Below are positions 62,301-64,000 of a DNA stretch of 64,000 bases, piece by piece (the stretch's first letter is position 1; every line of letters starts with the position of its first letter). The notes below the pieces were generated by a model. That model worked only from the letters and a program-made list of their open reading frames with translations, made no database searches and was not told the DNA's origin. The stretch spans positions 61,070,001-61,134,000 of the forward strand of contig OZ024747.1 in NCBI GenBank assembly GCA_964016885.1. The letters run 5' to 3'. The DNA is from Eledone cirrhosa. Its lineage: Eukaryota. The position numbers were made by a program, and so were the translations under genes.

Positions 62301-64000
62301 ACATTGATATGAACATATACACATATATAGAGACACTGATATGGACATATACACATATATAGAGACACTGATATGGACATATACATATATATAGAGACAC
62401 TAATATGAACATATACACATATATAGAGACACTGATATATACATATACACATATATACAGACATTGATATGGACATATACACATATATAGAGACATTGAT
62501 ATGAACATATACACATATATAGAGACACTGATATGGACATATACACATATATAGAGACACTGATATTAACATATACACATATATAGAGACATTGATATGG
62601 ACATATACACATATATAGAGACATGGATATGGACTTATACACATATATAGAGACATTGATATGGACATATACACATATATAGAGACATTGATATGGACAT
62701 AAACACATATATAGAGTCATTGATATGAACATAGACACATATACAGACACACTTATATGAACATATACACATATATATAGACATTGATATGGACATATAC
62801 ACCCATGCATGCGTGGAACAGGGACGTTAAACGATGATGATGATGATAATGATGACACATATATAGAGACATTAATATGAACATATATACATATATAGAG
62901 ACATTGATATGAACATGTACACATACATAGAAACACTGATATGAACATATACACATATATAGAGACACTGATATGAACATATACACATATATAGAGACAT
63001 TGATGTGGACATATACACATATATAGAGACACTGATATGGACATATACACCCATGCAAGCGTGGAACAGGGACGTTAAACGATGATGATGATGATGATGA
63101 TGATGACACATATATAGAGACATTAATATGAACATATATACATATATAGAGACATTGATATGAACATATACACATACATAGAAACACTGATATGACATAT
63201 ACACATATATAGAGACACTGATATGGACATATACATATATATAGAGACAATAATATGAACATATACACATATATAGAGACACTAATATGAACATATACAC
63301 ACATATAGAGACATTGATATGTACATATACACATATATAGAGACATTGATATGAACATATACACATATATACAGACATTGATATGGACATATACACATAT
63401 ATACAGACATTGATATGAACATATACACATATATAGAGACACTATGGACATATACACATACATAGAGACACTGATATGGACATATACACATATATAGAGA
63501 CATTAATATGAACATATACACATATACAGAGACACTAATATGAACATATACACATATACAGAGACACTAATATGAACATATACACATATATACAGACATT
63601 GATATGGACATATACACATATATAGACACTGATATGGACATATACACATATATAGAGACACTAATATGAACATATACACATATACAGAGACACTAATATG
63701 AACATATACACATATATACAGACATTGATATGGAGATATACACATATATAGAGACACAGATATGGACATATACACCCATGCAAGCGTGGAACAGGGACGT
63801 TAAACGATGATGATGATGATGATGACACATATATAGAGACATTGATATGAACATATACACATACATAGAAACACTGATATGACAAATACACATATATAGA
63901 GACACTGATATGAACATATACACATATATAGAAACACTGATATGAACATATACACATATATAGAGACACTGATATGGACATATACACATATATAGAGACA
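17395..64000. repeat. Large 32-bp satellite array (>46 kb, roughly 1,350 monomers estimated from length), continuing past the window end
   Basis: Monomer AGAGACA(C/T)T(G/A)ATATG(G/A)ACATATACACATATAT, with 29-34-bp indel variants, in a single orientation throughout. Confidence 0.99.
18408..63824 (+). repeat. Interspersed module CCCATGCAAGCGTGGAACAGGGACGTTAAAC(GAT)n, about 75-80 copies within the satellite; span runs from the first to the last copy
   Basis: First copy at 18408-18448, then about 19053, 20103, 20761, 21811, ... 63050, 63775. It always lies between GGACATATA(C/G)AC and ACACATATAT-type flanks. Confidence 0.97.

Noticed and set aside
18408-63824. CRISPR-like appearance (conserved ~30-bp partly palindromic repeat with intervening sequence)
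   Set aside because: The intervening DNA is satellite monomers of 150-1300 bp, not unique fixed-length spacers. There are no cas genes, and the context is eukaryotic.
17372-63989. Hundreds of minus-strand ORFs (MCICPYQCLYICVYVHISVSIYVY..., some with CxxC and poly-His/Ser)
   Set aside because: They are translations of a 32-bp unit that is not a multiple of 3 and cycles through all frames. The Cys/His patterns are not zinc fingers, and stops and indels fall without regard to frame.
17395-64000. Telomeric repeat or canonical CENP-B box
   Set aside because: No TTAGGG arrays were seen, and the module does not match TTCG-N4-A-N2-CGGG. Centromeric identity cannot be determined from sequence alone.

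Overview
This is AT-rich, repeat-saturated eukaryotic DNA with no recognisable intact gene. The SINE families resemble, from memory and not from a search, the abundant repeats of octopod cephalopods. Bases 1-17.4 kb are a mosaic of tRNA-derived SINE copies (several with clear target-site duplications), decayed RTE-clade LINE 3' ends, a probable Penelope-like GIY-YIG remnant, several minisatellites (47, 56, ~80, 48 and 19 bp units), microsatellites and a 3.4-kb degenerate (CAT/CAC)n tract. From 17,395 to the window end lies a single >46-kb satellite with a 32-bp monomer (AGAGACACTGATATGGACATATACACATATAT) and nested higher-order duplications. The most notable structure involves one (GAT)n-tailed interspersed element, called 'element G' here, which appears to have seeded four different tandem arrays: the 47-bp array, the 48-bp array, the giant CAT/CAC tract (its expanded tail), and a ~45-bp 3'-terminal hairpin+tail module. 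That module is embedded roughly 75-80 times (counted by eye) at one fixed position of the 32-bp monomer. All long ORFs in the supplied track fall in repeats and are treated as artefacts.
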